64,000 nucleotides of DNA from Yuukianura sp. NJ FZ-2021 (GCA_046563655.1 CM102285.1:8990001-9054000); one strand, 5' to 3'; numbered from the stretch's first letter, positions 1 through 14,361 are shown. Numbers and translations: made by a program. The notes: generated by a model from the letters alone, not told the origin.

Positions 1-1560
1 CAGTCGTAAGAGTCACTGTATGGATGATTTTGGAAGTTAAGCGGAGTTTCCATTTTGGCACACATCATTGTATCCGGCATCATACTCCATTCTCTATTGT
101 AGTTGAACCCCCGACACTCCTCTTTGCTCATAATTTTGGATGTGACCTCTGACCTCTTTTCTGGTATAATGTATCCATCTATATGAAGGTCATTAAAGAT
201 ACTATGTACCGTATTTTCATTTAGTGTGCTACAAATTTTGGATTTTGCACAACGGTACCCCCGTTATAGAAACGCCAAAGCAGAGAAGAAGATTCGAATC
301 CATCGTAGTTGACTTCCGAATCGGGTAAACACACAGGACCAACCCCTATGTCATTTCCAAACGTAGGGACGGGACCTTTTAGCCTCAAAAGTGCAATATT
401 GTAGTCTGCAAAATATTGCGAAATTATAATTTCGAAAAATTTCGAATTTGTCTTTTGCAAATTGTTCATAAAGTGACATAAAAACTGCTTAGTAGAAGTT
501 CCCACCGAGAACGTTTGCAGAATACTTTGGATGGACAATGACGCGATGGACTCTTTTGCGAATCAGTTGCCTCAGATTGAGCCCTTCGAGCAGTCCTGGA
601 TCTTCTGTGGAAGACGTGTTTGAGGCATTCCTCTCCTCCAAGTGCGCTTTGGGCCAAGTGCCAATCAACACATCCAAATCACCATCCTGAAATCTAATAG
701 CAAATGGAAATTACAAGATATCTGACTTGCAATCAAACTATTTTTAGTTTTTGCAAAAATTGGCCCATTTTGCGAAAGTCTTACCCGTCAGCACAAACGG
801 CACTTGTTAGCACGAATCTGTCAGATACGAGTGTTCCCCCGCAGAAAGCGTACGTTCCTCCTTCCCCAGATGAAACCAAGGATACGGACCAGGGATACTC
901 ATTCAGACTCTTAACTCCCTCGGATTCCCAGGGAGCCACTAAGCTCGGATCTGCAGTCGTCGTAAATTCTCCACATTCTGAACAGAATTTCAAAACAAAA
1001 TCTTTGTACTTTCTCTAAAAAAAATTCGTTTCGTAAAGCTTATACTGCAGTCAATGGTGTTGTTCCGGTCAATTGATTCCCACCAAGACAAATCTTCGCC
1101 AGACTGAGAATCGTCAATCGGTATTTTGCCAGACAGACTTGCCCTCAACTGGCGTCCGTAAGGAAGTGAAATGGACCTCTGAAAATAATTTGAAAAATCA
1201 TAAAGTTTCTTCTACTTTAAATTTTAAACTTCTTTTGATAAAACTTTCCCATTTTTTGCGCTTTTTAAGACAGAAACTTACGTCGTATGGAGAATGGAAG
1301 CCAAATGCAGACGAAATCAAAAGAACAAAAATCCTTAACTTCATCTTGAAACTGTTTATTTTGATCCAGTATTGGATTGACTTTAATAAAACGAGTAACT
1401 TCTAGCATTTTAGTTGCTTCGTATTTATACCAAAATCTTTCCGAAATTGACATTCAAAATTTGACCTGCTCTAGCTGTTCCATCCGGAACGGGAGAAAAG
1501 CGTTTGCCCCACATGCCGTTTCCACTTTAAAAATGACTGTGTCATCCTCATTTCAATTGA
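1..1560 (-). CDS. Serine protease homolog (non-catalytic trypsin-fold protein), multi-exon; runs off the window start, 5' end approximate
   Basis: Exons translate to EYPWSVSL..FCGGTLVSDRFVLTSAVC (781-993), RVIVHPKY (489-688) and DYNIALLRL..GPVCLP (~260-407). The catalytic His is replaced (TAAHC->TSAVC) and the Asp is replaced (DIALL->NIALL). Confidence 0.75.
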
Positions 1561-1665
1561 GAATTGTGCACTTATAATTTGTTCAAATTTTGAACAAAAG
1601 AGAAGAATTGACTCATTTATTGGGGTCAAAATAAGTTAGCTTTAGCAAATACAAGAGTGAGTTAT

Positions 1666-4600
1666 TCAGGACTCGCAGAAACTTCCGTCCTGTGCCGTCG
1701 TCCGAATCCAGGGCAGGAATTCTACAGTTGCCGGAAGTAGTTTTTAGTTGAAACACTTTCATGATTATGGAAGTAAAGTGAAAAGCGTTGCAATTTGCAA
1801 ACCTGTTATTCGTGTGTAGACGCCTGGCTTCATCGGCCTCGCGCATCCCTGACCTGTTCAACCAAATCCAAATTCAACGCCAGTTTTTTAAAAGTAGATC
1901 CAAAATCATTCCAAATCATCGAAAAGTCAAAGGTCAAAGGATATTGCAGTACCCCAACTAACTATTCCAATTTGAGTGTACTTTGCAAATGACATGGGTT
2001 TGACAGTTGGATCTCTTCCGATACCCGTACTTTTGAACTGCTTGAACTTGATTCCATGAACCAATGGCCCACCACTGTCGCCCTGAAAACAAAATGGCAC
2101 CATGTTATTCGACTACGAAGAATAGAATGACTTCAACTGTACTTTGTACCTGACAAGCGTCTGTCTTCTCCCTGTAGGCACAGAGCATGCGTGGAGTGAC
2201 AACCACGGGATAAATTAGTGAGCACTGCTCATTGCCAATTACGTCGACGTCGGCTTTTAAGAGATAGCGAGACAGCATTCCGCCTACTTTAGATCAACAA
2301 ACATTTCAAATAAACACGAGAAGTCGATGAGTTATAATTCTGCCAAAAATTTATAATTTTTTTTTCAAAATACACTTTAGTTCACATACTAGTTAAAGTT
2401 AAGTTTGAATTATGATTTCCTAATAAGATTTGGAATTAGTTAGGTCAGGGATTGAGCTTGGGTTGAGTAAGTTTTTATAGGATTTTTTTTTTCAATTTTC
2501 AGCTTTTTTTTTACGTTTCATCGAAGTTCTGTTTTCAAGGAGGAATTATAGCAAATAATTTAAAACTAACCTTCGGAAGTGGTTCCCCATCTGGAAATAG
2601 TTCAAGACATGTTTTCAAAATTGAATCATAGAAACTTTACCGATAGTTCTGCAGTTATGTTAAAGTTTTACGATTCCAATTCTAGGCGGGAATTTGACCC
2701 TTACCCACTGACTGTAGCTGTTTTCTTAACGTAGTCTTCGGTGGAGTCAGTTGGCAGGCAGACAGGAACCACGTCACCAGTTAAGTCCACTGGCTGACTG
2801 AGCCTGAGCAGAGCAATGTCGCTATCTAGACGTGCAGTGTAACCTTGATTGACAAAGATGTCGTCGATTTTCCGTGCTACTGGAGGTGACACAGATCCGT
2901 TTGCGTCAATCTTGAAGTCGTTGAGGATCACTTGCAGACTCTCAGGAGTGCGGTTTTTGACGCAGTGGGCAGCTATGGACAAGAAATTGAAATGAGGTCA
3001 GTCAGGGTCAGACAAGGCAGTCTTGTTGGTCATTTTCTTACCAGTCATGATATAGCGTGAATTGATGAGAGACGCTCCACAGAATGGAATCATACTTCCA
3101 GCTAAACAAATCAAAATTTAATTTGCGATAAGCTGAGGTTAATCTGTTTTCTGCTTTTGTTGTGAAAGTTGTGAAAGTTCTCAGTTTTGTTGAATTCTTC
3201 AAATGATGTAAATGATATAAGGGTAGGGTCAAGGCTGGCTATGTTTGAAATTTGAAAACAGTTGAATTTTTGTAAATTTAAGTTGTTTTAAGGTGTCGTC
3301 AAACCTCTGACCATTGCTGCCATCCATGGAAATTCACCAATTCCAGTCATTACTCCGTTCACAATTTTGACGCCGTCTGCTCCTTCTCCACAAGCTGTAA
3401 AGTTAGTTTAAGTTTAAAAATGAGTTTCAGGATAGACTTTCTCTGTAGGTTTAATTTTAATTGAGCCCTTACAACAATTTGAAGGTGGGACAGGATGTGC
3501 TGGTTGTTTGGATGAACCAACAGCATCACCTATAGGAATCCCACCTCCACCTAAGATCCCACCCTGTGCTCCCCCCAAGATCCCACCTCCGCCCAGGAAC
3601 CCACCGAAAATACCTCCTCCACCACCGCTAAGTCCATCTTCATTGCAAACCACCAAGCATCGGAATCCCACCGAATTGAACAACCGATTCGACCTGTAGT
3701 TCAATTCGACTTGCTTGTTTGGCGTATTAATTTCAAAGTTTGGTCCTCTTTTTCCGCAGAACCTGCATTCATAAACACATTACATGATAGTATTTTCAAG
3801 CATTTATGCTTTGAAATGTCAAAGGTCTAATAAATCATTGTAACCTTAAGAACCCACCTCCGTGTCACTCCTTGACTGTCCTTGATTTCAAGGTAGTCGA
3901 GGCAGAAAAAGTCGTTTAGTCTGAAACTGGGACAGCTAATGCCCAGCGAGCATCCGGTAAACTTGAATTTCAAAAAAAAATAAGAATTGAATTGTGAACA
4001 ACTTTATTTTTCATGAACTTTTTAAACGATTTTCTTTCCAACTTACCAGGAATCTCCATTTGCAAGAATTTTCCAGGAATCGGCTGGACTTGTTGAAGCT
4101 TGGGCTTTGAATTACAAGTGATTCATTCGCTTTCACTTCCTTAAAGGCTCCGCAAGGTAGAACTGAGAATTTTGAAAAAGAGTTTTTGAAATCTCGTCAT
4201 TTTGAAAAAAAAGGAAGCTTTCGAAAAGTTAATGGTGAAAGGAAAGGCATTAAGAGCACTAAATGGGCTCATAAAGATAGAGAACCAGGCTTACCATTAT
4301 CCTCCGAAGTGGCCGTAACTTTCGGTTCCTAAACAATAAAATCAGAGTAGCCACACAAACATAAAAGTCTAACCACATCGGGCATCAGTAAGATCAAAAC
4401 GAAATAACAAGAAATCTTCAAATCCCAGATGAGGAGGACAAAAAACGTCATCAAAATGTACTGGACATTGAAAATCCATTTTCTCATGAAAATCTTAGAA
4501 TCTTTTAGCAGTTTTCTCCCAAAGAAAGTCGTTTCATCTAAGATTCAAGAAGTCAAGTCACACCTTACCTGGTGGCGTCTTCTTGTAGGTAAGAATCTGT

Positions 4601-4682
4601 GAGGGCTGTGAACAAAAATTCCTTGGACAAGATCCAAGTAAAGTAAACTGTTAATCAACAGGAATTTTAGAACAAGTGACAT
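1666..4682 (-). CDS. Secreted CUB-domain trypsin-like serine protease with Gly-rich linker (multi-exon)
   Basis: Signal exon MSLVLKFLLINSLLYLDLVQG..RRRHQ|gtaag (from 4682); CUB-like exons (CKWRF, CLDYLEI, RFCG..GFRC); activation site K|IVNG; AAHC, DSDIALLRL, DACQ-GDSGGP, PGVYTRI; last exon EFLPWIRTTAQDGSFCES* with stop at 1666-1668. Confidence 0.85.
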
Positions 4683-5096
4683 TGTTCGACCTGTCACAGA
4701 GCTTGACATGAATAAATCAAAGCTGCAAATGAGGATGGAATGACAAGGGAAAGTAGTTATGTTAATGAACTTATTAGACATGTTAGTTCCTTGTTTCATT
4801 TGTTCATTGTGTCCCAATTGTTTTGTGCCCAAAGGCTGCTTTTCCCTCCACTTGAATCCCATTTACTGTCTGCCCTTGTCCAAATTGCTTTCTACCAGTT
4901 GGACCAAAAGTGCTGTTGAATTGACTTGCAAATGGTGGACCACCCATCCGAGTGTCAATGCCCCCCAACCTCATCATTTGATCCACAAAACAAATATTTG
5001 CAATTTACTCTTGAACAAGAACATAAACAATATTAATTGATGTATAAATTAAGGGCGTGTTGCTCAAGATCTGTGCACAATTCACGGCATGAGTCT

Positions 5097-8000
5097 TCAA
5101 GAACAATAAACTGCGTCCAGGGTGTTCATGTCTATCCATTCAAGGAATTCTGAAATAACAATGATGTAGAGGTCATTGACTTGTCATGAATTATTGAAAA
5201 AGTGAAATAAGGAGTCGTGAAAAGCAACAAAAAAAATCGTCAAAGTTCTAATTTGAATGTTTTCAGGTCAATTTCACAATTTTTTCTTCAATGCTCGTCC
5301 TATTACCCGTAACTCTTGCAAAAACTCCCGGATTATGACGAACACCACAGCCGAAGCCCCAGCTCGTCACGCCAATTTGCGTAAAACTCCCATTTTCAAA
5401 TGTGACCAATGGTCCTCCTGAATCACCCGAACATGTATCTCTGCCTCCTTCCGGAAATCCACTACAAAGCATACGTTCAGAAACCTAAAATATTTGAAAA
5501 TTGCAAAATTTTATAGGAATTGACCTGTTTGAAAATTCAATTTCATAATGAGACTTTTTCTAAGTTACTTGGAGTGGCACTGGTGGTTGCGAACTGTGAT
5601 AGTCATTACAAGCTGCATTGGTGATGACCTTGAGACCAACCTCCAGAAGTACTGGTGATTTTTCCGGTGTGGAGTCATTGAGCGTTCCCCATCCTGCTCC
5701 AATAACATCATATCCAACGTAAGTGTTATTCGTGTCTTCTGGAAGACAGACGGGGGTGAGAAGGGGGTTGAAGATGTCCAGAGGTCTGTCCAGAGCCAGG
5801 AGAGCCATGTCACCGTCGAATACCGAAGGAAGGTAGTGGTTGTACTTAATGAACTCTCGAACTCCACGTCGAATTGGTTTGCCAATTGTTTCTGTAGTTT
5901 GGTTGAAGTTATGCTCGTTCAAAATTACTTCGAAATCCTCCAAATCCTCGCTGAAAACAGATTCAAAATAGTTTTTTTTAGCCCAAAATTCATTTCCTAA
6001 CTTCTTTTTTTTTTCATTTCGTCTTACTCATCCAAGCAGTGCTGCGCCGTCAGTACGTATCTGTAGAGATTGGATTTTAAAATTTCAAGAATCATTTGAA
6101 TTTCAAAAAAGCTAAAAACCTGTCATTGATCAGCGATCCACCGCAGAAAGGCAGATAACCCTCTTTGTGAACTAATCCCACCATCCAGGGATACTGATTC
6201 ACCAGTGTCTCTCTTCCGCCCAAAATCCGTGGAGTTCTATTGGTTGCATTGATCACTTCAGAAGAATTGAATTTGAAATTATTTGGAATCCCACATTCTG
6301 AAAAAAAAATTAAGGAATTGGTATCAGAAAGAAAATTTTTCTGGGAGAAATAAATCTTTGCGAAGAGAAAGTCAAAGTGAAAGTATAATTTAACTTACTG
6401 CATTTCATAGAAAGGCGACGCTTCGGAATATTTCTTTGTGGTGGATTTATGAGCGGATGGACATCAACCTTTGTTGTATTCTCTCCAGGAGTTTTGGCAC
6501 TAGTGAAATTTACTGTGATTGCAAATTAAAATATAGAATTTCAAAAGAATTAATTTTAGACTCCAGTGGGTGTGCTTTGATTCAGTTTAAATTTTCACTT
6601 CCCCTTTTTACTTTTGAGCCTTGTAATTTAGCCTCAAGAAAAGGCGACTTAAAGCCCCACGAAAGAAACAAAGGAGAAAGTGAAATTTATTTAAATGAAT
6701 TCTGAACAACGTTTCAAATTCAATATTCCTTGCCTGTGTAAGGGACGCATTTGAGGTAGCACTCGAATTGTGGTCGCTTGCTCGGCGAAGCAAAACGTAG
6801 CGTAACGTCCAACAAGCCTCCGGTGGAGCCATAGTTTTTGGTGGGATCTGGACTGTCTTCTCCTCCGCAAAAACTGTGTATTATTTTGGAAATTGAGATA
6901 TTAAAACAACGTCGGAGTTCTTCAAATGTTATTTTAGAGATGCTGCAAGGCGGGAAGCCTAATACAACTCGTCAGAAAAGCAAACAAGAAGAAAGTATTT
7001 CCATATTTATAAAGGACTTTCACTTGCAGAGTTTCTAATAAGATCTTTTGTCAGCTCTTTTGTTTTCTAGAGAAGAAGCGGTAGAAGTGTTAGGGCTTGA
7101 AAATGAGAACGGCACGACCAGCGTGAAAATTAGTTTGCAAAAGTTTAGACTTTCCGAGCGAAATTAGTTTCTTTTTGCGTTTCTTTTCTGATGAAGAGTC
7201 CGTCTATACTTTCACTACATGAAAAACAACTTGACACTTCGTTGCCATTTTTTCGTCAAAAGTTTTTTTTTTCTTTTTTGTTTTTAGTGTTAAAAGGTTG
7301 AAGAAACCTCTAAATAAAGTTTCGAAAGATAAATGCGGATTCGGAATTTCGATTTACAAGCAAAACCGGGAGAAAGGCCACTAGTACGTGAACTTAACTG
7401 TAATGCCAAGCTTTCACCACCGTCTGATACTTGCAAATAATTCGTTCGACATTGAGGATTGTTCGGTTTCATTTCGATTCGTGGCAAAAACCGTGGGCAG
7501 TTGATACTCGGTGTACAAAATTGGTTTCCCTAAATAAAACAGACAAAAACAAAGCTCTCACTAAACTTAACGCTCTCACTAAACTTATTCGAAAGGTTCC
7601 CAACAAAACTACAGAAAGAAAAAAGAAAATTAGTTGCAGAACTAATTTCAGTTGAAAATTGCAACTTGAGAGTAGGATTAGAGTGACAAATCTTGTTTAC
7701 AAAGTAGTTAACTATATAACCAGTGGAAGGATAAAGCAGAAGGCTTACAACAAACGCCCAGTTGCAGTGAGCTGCTCTGTTTTCACTTTCCGCGAACATG
7801 GCGTCGCTCAAGATGTAACCTTCTGACGGGTTTACGAAGTGTGTTCCGCAAACTTTCACTGAAAATATTCAACATTCCAAACATCAACTACAAAGTGGCT
7901 AGTAGGAAAACATTCAGTAGACCGAAAATAACTCCAATTGGGCTCAAAAAGCAAAAAAGAATTTAGTTCGAAAAAGTTCAAAAAATTTTATAAATTGGAA

Positions 8001-8459
8001 ATACGAATAGTAAAAGTACGAGATTTTCTTCACCTCGGTGGTAGTAGTAGTCCCCGATCTTTTCTCTGGGGACTTTGGCATAAGGACTTTCGAATGCTGC
8101 TGTTGACTTGTTGACTGTTGGATGGTCCAGAATGTAGTTGATGATCGGTGGAACTGGGTAGTGGAAGGGATACTCCGGATTGAACGCCGTCTGCAAATCA
8201 AATTCATTAGAATCATGTTATGGAGTTCATATTTACAGATCGCCTTTTGGTATGCATTGTCTAGAATTGTTAATTAATTGATTTTCTTTAGAAATTGGAC
8301 CTTGCGTACAAGTAATTTTTAAAATTTCACAAAAATTGATTCTGTATCACTGTGGAGTTTTACTTTTAAATAGGCCAATCCCGGTGAAAGAATACTACTG
8401 AACGTCGGGAAAAAAATTAACAGCTTCAGGAAAGTTGGCCCAGTCCAGGAATGCTCCAT
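5097..8459 (-). CDS. Secreted CUB-domain trypsin-like serine protease (multi-exon)
   Basis: Putative first exon [28 protein letters not shown]-like exons ([26 protein letters not shown]); [43 protein letters not shown]; last exon [17 protein letters not shown]. Confidence 0.82.
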
Positions 8460-9055
8460 GGCGCAGTTGAAGATTGAACCAAGTTCCGGGAAACGCCGTA
8501 AACTACGTCGCAAGCAAGTGTCTCTTTTGACTACTGGAGGCAAAAACTAGACTAGAACTGAAGCAACGTTTAAAAGCAACTAACATGAATTAGAAAAATA
8601 GAAGGGTACTAATTTGTTTCATCCTTTCTGTTTTTGCAATATGGTTTATTCATTACAGAATCGTTTAAATGGGCAACGGTGCTTCTGGATATTTGTATTC
8701 CAAAATTAGTAATGAGAGAATACAAACCAAGTTAACCGTTAGATATTAATTTGCAAGAAAATAGCAGAATTTTGGAGAAAATATTTTTCCAATTATATGC
8801 TTGCAAAACACAGAATTTCTACAAATTTTTTGAAAAGAAAAAAGTTTCAAAGTATTTGGTAAAAAAAAAAGAAAGTTTGCGATGATGAAAGGTGATTGAC
8901 CTGAGCATTTTGAAGAAGTTGACAAGTTGACAGTATTTAACCCCAGACAGTTGGTCAATCAAAGCAACGCGTTTAATAACATTTTATAAATTAAGAAAAA
9001 TTGTTCAAAATTTTAAATCTGAAGGATGAAATGATGAAAATTCTCAAAGCGAGCA

Positions 9056-12000
9056 TTAACCGCTGACCGCAGCGGTCTCTACAGCTACGGTGTCCAAGTC
9101 AGCGTCTGGAGAACTGTTTTGTCCAACCGCGCGTTCTGCCAAATGAATTGGTTCATTGCCCACTGAGGTCAACAGCGTATTGTCTCCGTACTGTGCCTCT
9201 TGTCCGGTAAGAGCACTGCCTGCTGTGGTTTCCTCGGGGTCAAGCTCCTTGTCATCGACTGGGAAAGGGTGAACTCTGATTGGGTAGGAAACATCCGTTT
9301 GTGTCGCCTTGTCCACATAGGACTTGGGAGAAAGCTCCGCAGCTTCAGCGATCTGCTCTGGAGCTTGACTTTCTTCTTGGACTTTCGGAAGATAGCTTTC
9401 TCCAGTAGATGGATAAGCTTCACTGACGACAATTGGGTTGGTAGGGTCATATGCTGTGTCATCTGTTACAGTCTTTTCATTTGCAGTTTCTTGGGCTGAT
9501 TCTGGAATAGATTGGATGGGAATGGCAGCGGTTTCGTCCTTTGTGATTTCCGAATCGGGTTTGGGTTTCAAGTACTCCGGTACAACAGGAATTTCGTCGT
9601 GATACGGTTCGATTTCTGAGGCATCCGGTACAGCAGGAATGTCGTCGTGATACGGTTCGATTTCTGAGGCATCCGGTACAGCAGGAATGTCGTCGTGATC
9701 CGTTTCGATTTCTGAGGCATCCGGTACAGAAGGAATGTCGTCGTGATCCGTTTCGATTTCTGAGGCAGCCGGTACAGCAGGAATGTCGTCGTGATCCGGT
9801 TCGATTTCTGGGTAGTCGGGTACAACAGCCGTGTCAACTTCAGTTTCCAAACCAGCTTCCGGTTTTGAGTAATCCAGCACAACAGGCGTGTTATAATCAC
9901 TTATTTCTGGCACCGATTCCGGGTTCAAATGCTCCGGTACGACTGTTTCGGTTTCCCTGATTTCTGAATCCGGCTCTGGTTTTGAATATTCTAGTACTGC
10001 ACCAATGTCTTCACCATTTTCTCTTGGATCTGGCAATGGCAGAGAGTGGTTCGGCATCTCAGCGGTGTTATCGTCGGTGATTTCAATCGGTGATTCGGGA
10101 TACGAGTGTTCCAGTTGCCCATTTGAGTTGTCCTCTGTGATTGTTTCAACCGGTTCGGATTTTGAGTACTCCGGTAAAACAACGGTGTCAACCTCTGTCA
10201 ACTCTGGATTCAATTCGGGTTTCGAATACTCCAGCACCGGAGTCGTGTCGTCCTTGCCAGCGATGATGTCATTTTTACCTACAGTAGTGTCGCTCTCGTT
10301 GATTTCTGTATCGGATTCTGTATTGGGGTACACTGGTAGAACATTGATGTCACCCTCGCTGATTTCTGGATCTGGTTTTGGTATGACAGTGATGACGCTG
10401 GGGTTGCTTTCATAATCTTCCTCTGGTACCGGGTATTTCGGTAGAAACGCAGTCTCATCTTCTTGTACCAATTCTGGTCGAGGGGTGGCAAGGATTTCGT
10501 CTTCAATAGCTGACGGGGTCGATTCAGCGGCCTTTTCGTAAGCAGCATCATCAGCGTCATGAGAATCCAATTGTTCCGGATTTATTTGTTCCACAGTTTC
10601 ATGTTTAACTATTGATTGAGATTCTTGAAATGGTACAACAGTGTCGTCAGTCCTGGCTTCACTTTCCCCGCCTCCACCGCTTACGTTACTTTCACCCTCT
10701 TGATAAGCTTCCACCAACTGATCTTCATTCTCTCCAAATTCAGCATTTGTATTTGAAAGTGAGTCATCGGAAGCTTCTGGTTTCGTTTGTACTTCAGGAA
10801 GCTCGTTTAGAATCGTAGGGTAAACCACGGAGTCTTCAGCATCATGTCTGTCAACGCCGTCCTCTTTGTCTACTCCAATTTCTTGGTCATCAAGAAATGT
10901 GAGACTTTCTTCGTTAGCATTTGTGTCAATTTCCAAGCCTTGAAGGTATGACTCATCCTCAGAAACTGCGGATGGAATATGCCAGTCGTCGGTGTTCAAT
11001 GACTCATTCTCTGTCTGAGAACCAATCGCTTCAAGCTCTTCCTTTTCTACTTTCTCCTCCAATCCTGACTCTGGATTCGGCAAAGAATACGGAGCGGATG
11101 ACTCTTGGCTCTGAATTGCGGGTAGAGTCAGTAGAATGTCATTGTTGATTTCAGAAACGACTTTCACTTCTTGGTTTTTGGTGTCATATTGTACAGTTTC
11201 TTCAGGTTGGAATGCCACGGCGTCTGTACTTCCATCGTCATGATTTAGGTAAGTGACTACAGATGGATGCATGAGGTATCCATAGTCTGGTACATTTTCA
11301 ACTTCTTCTTGGTGAGTGACCACAGTGTCCGGAATGAATTGTTCGATTGGTGATGGTAAATTGCCTGGACTTTCTCCATCTTCCGGAACAGAATTTGGTT
11401 GAGTTGAGGGAAAGTCTAGATTTCCTGAATTTTCAATTTCCGAAGGCTCAACTTGTTGAGGATGAGCTTCCAAATTGTCTTCAGTCTGGGAATTTTCTGA
11501 AACGTATGGGTTTTCTTCAAAGAGTATTGGTGCTTCGTTTTCATTTACTGTGGAAGTGGAAGGTTCAGTTAACTCGACTACGTGAATTGGTGGTGGCAAA
11601 TCATCGGGATTGTAAACATTTTCATACTGCTCCGGTTCTCCTACTGCCGCTGCATTTGGTTCAACCGAATCGGGAACTGCATCTTCTGATGATTCCGGAA
11701 GCCGAGGAGTTTCATGATGTTCGGTTTCAGTATTTTTGCTGTTAGTGGCCAAACCCAGATCGTCTTCAGCAAAATCGTTTTGATGGGGGTATTCCTTCGG
11801 CAGAATCGAGGGTTCAAGTTCTTTGGGGTATTTGAATTCTATTTCCTCATTCGAAATTGTATCGAACTCTTCTCCAGCAAACGGGTTTTGCTCAGTAGAT
11901 TCATTTGGAAACAATAAGAATTCTGGAATTTCTTCGTTTTCGGCTTGTTGATCGACTCCGTCGAAGTCGATTTCACCCGTAGGTGGTTGTAGTGAAACAT

Positions 12001-13776
12001 AAATGTCCTCTTCTGTTTGTGCTTCTGAAGATTTTTCTTCGCCTGTCTCTGGAAAGCTGACAGTTTGTAACTGTTCCTGAATTGGATCCTTGTCAAAATT
12101 CAGAACTGCTTCAGTCTCATGGTCTTGATTTTCATATCCTTTATCCAGCGTTGTTCCAGGATTTTCAACTTGATCTGTATCTTTGGCATCCGACTGAGCA
12201 ACGAGATCTCCAGTATATTGATCATCTCCAGTTTGTACTTTTGAAGTTTCAAAAGGAATTTCAATTGGCAATTGCTCATCGTTTTCGTTGGTCCCGAGTG
12301 AAAAGTCTAGAATGTATCCCAGTATTTCTTCGCCTAAGTTTTCTTCTTCGCTTGCTGCATTCTTAGTTTCTGTCGGTCCAGTTTCAGGCTCAGAAGGAAA
12401 GAAAATAAAAAAGTCGCCCTCTGCGCTGTCTTTCTCCGTTGCTTTTACCGGTTCCTCCAGTGAATGAAGTTCTTGAGTTTGGTTTTCACTTTGGATCTCT
12501 AAAAACAGAATCATTTCTTAAAACGCATTCACATACTGATCACATTTCGAAAGTAATTGAGTTAATTTCGTCTTAAAAAACTGTTTTTTGTTTTAAATCA
12601 ATAACTTTTACTCACCCGTTAAAGTCACGGGATTTTCCTCGGATGCGGTGTTCTGATTAGTGAATTCGAACTCGAAGCTAGTGGGAGGAAACTCAATCAC
12701 TTTTGGAACAGAACCTACAAGATCAAAAGTAAACATGAAAATTTAAAACTCCATAAAACGAATGTAAGCAGACACTCCGCAGGTTGTAAAAAGTTTTATG
12801 TTGGCTCTTAGATGTTTCTGTGATTGAAAAATTGAGAAAGTTGCGAAAAAGTTCCTGCCTGATTTTTTATTCCGAAATTACATAAATAAATTTTTAATCT
12901 TAGGCTTACGATGTTTGATGCAAGTCACAAAGCCTTCGAAATCCACACTCCAGGTTTGTGGTTTGCGGAAATGCTTGATTTGCAAATTTTTTCCGAAGGA
13001 TTTGAAAATTCCAGGCAATTGAGTAAATCCACAAACCCTGTTCAAGATTTTCCAAACACAAATTCAAATTTTTTTCGAAATCAAAACAGTTTTTTTGCTT
13101 CTTACTGTATGTCTCTCTCCTCATCCGCCAGTAACAGATACTGTCGATTGCAATTCATGTCTCCACCTTCAAAGTGGTCGAAATCTACTACAAGTTGACA
13201 TGACCCAGCAGCTTCGAATGTCCACTCACAGATTCTAGGTTTGACGTAGTGATTCGGACGAGGGCGTGGCGGCGGTGCATAAGGAATGTAGTATGGATGC
13301 GGGTTGTAGAAGTGGGGGCCTACGTATGGTGGGGCCCTTGGTGGCGTAGCTCCTGGATATCGATAGGGGCCTGGATGGGGCGGAGGCCAGTAGACATTGC
13401 GTGGATGTCGTTGTACAATGTTCCGGAAATAGAAAATGTCACCTTCCCAAAGCGTCCTGTGTGAACCGCATGGCAATGGAGGTCCATCGTGCTGCTCAGA
13501 CTCCCGAAGTCGAAATGCATTTGTCAATGTCTAAAAACACCAGTCAATTTTTAAAGAATTCAATACAACCGGAATTTTGACAATAGAAAAGTTGCACAAT
13601 TTGTTCGGTTAGTCGTTTTCAAAATTTATTAAAACTCAAATTCAACTAAAAATTTCAAAAAATATAACATGAAAGTTACTTACGTGTGGAGTATTCCGAA
13701 GACTTTCACCAATGGGAAGCCCACTCGTGTCCCAAAATGCAACTCCTAGTACTAAAATTTGTAAAAACAAATTCAT
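9056..13776 (-). CDS. Secreted protein with a CUB-like domain (Pro/Tyr-rich insert) and a very long acidic, Glu/Asp/Pro/Thr-rich disordered region
   Basis: Signal exon MNLFLQILVLGVAFWDTSG..|gtaag at 13776; exon ~13105-13530 with CG..CEWTF..VDFDHF..NC..YL; small exon ~12617-12715; 1152-codon open exon 9056-12514. The 3' end is uncertain (stop at 9056, or a donor at 9060). Confidence 0.65.
9577..9810. repeat. Coding tandem repeat, 48-bp unit, ~5 copies (EIE(P/T)(D/Y)HDDIPAVPDAS)
   Basis: Units begin ccggtaca at 9577, 9625, 9673, 9721 and 9769. Degenerate (L/P)EYSKPE-type repeats flank the array. Confidence 0.9.
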
Positions 13777-14361
13777 TGTCACAGTTGGAAACGTCTGCGG
13801 AGAAAACTGTTGTTTTAGCGCCTGGAAGTGAACAATTGAATTGACAATTGATAAGTGTTCGAAGATGAGAAATTTGACACGTATGATCCTCAAGCAGTCA
13901 TTGACTGTTGATTGAAATGAATTGAATTTTGGACATTAACGTGCCATTCCCCTGACTAACATGAAACAGCTAGTTTCTGCTGCGACAATTTTTTTTAGAT
14001 CCACTTTTGTGTTTGGTACCTTCCCCTTCTCCATAACTCTTTCAAAACCATTTAAATTTTGAAATGTTGCTGAATTTGCAACTTCGAGTTCCTGATGTCA
14101 TTGGTATTTGACTAACATTGTCACTGTTCGATAAAGGAAATGCTGACGGGGGAAGGTTGCAGACGTTCAAGATGATTGAAATTCAATTTTCTCAAAAATG
14201 TTTGTATCTAAATACGACATGCGATAGCATTTTTCTCCAAATAAAAAACGAACGAGTTTAGCGAAAATCATCGATTTTGATTTTATTTTAGACAGAGTCT
14301 GAAAAAGTGGTTTATTTTGCAAAATTTTGTCCTGAAATGGAATCTTCCTTCTTTAGAAATT

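Noticed and set aside
4804..4986. 60-aa Gly/Gln-rich minus-strand ORF between two protease genes
   Set aside because: Lies in probable UTR/intergenic space with a non-ATG ORF start and no splice or homology support.
9577..9810. Regularly spaced repeats considered as a CRISPR-like array
   Set aside because: Head-to-tail coding repeats without unique spacers, in a eukaryotic exon with no cas genes.
9169..12366. Many alternative-frame and antisense ORFs over the large acidic exon
   Set aside because: Shadows of a repetitive, biased coding exon.
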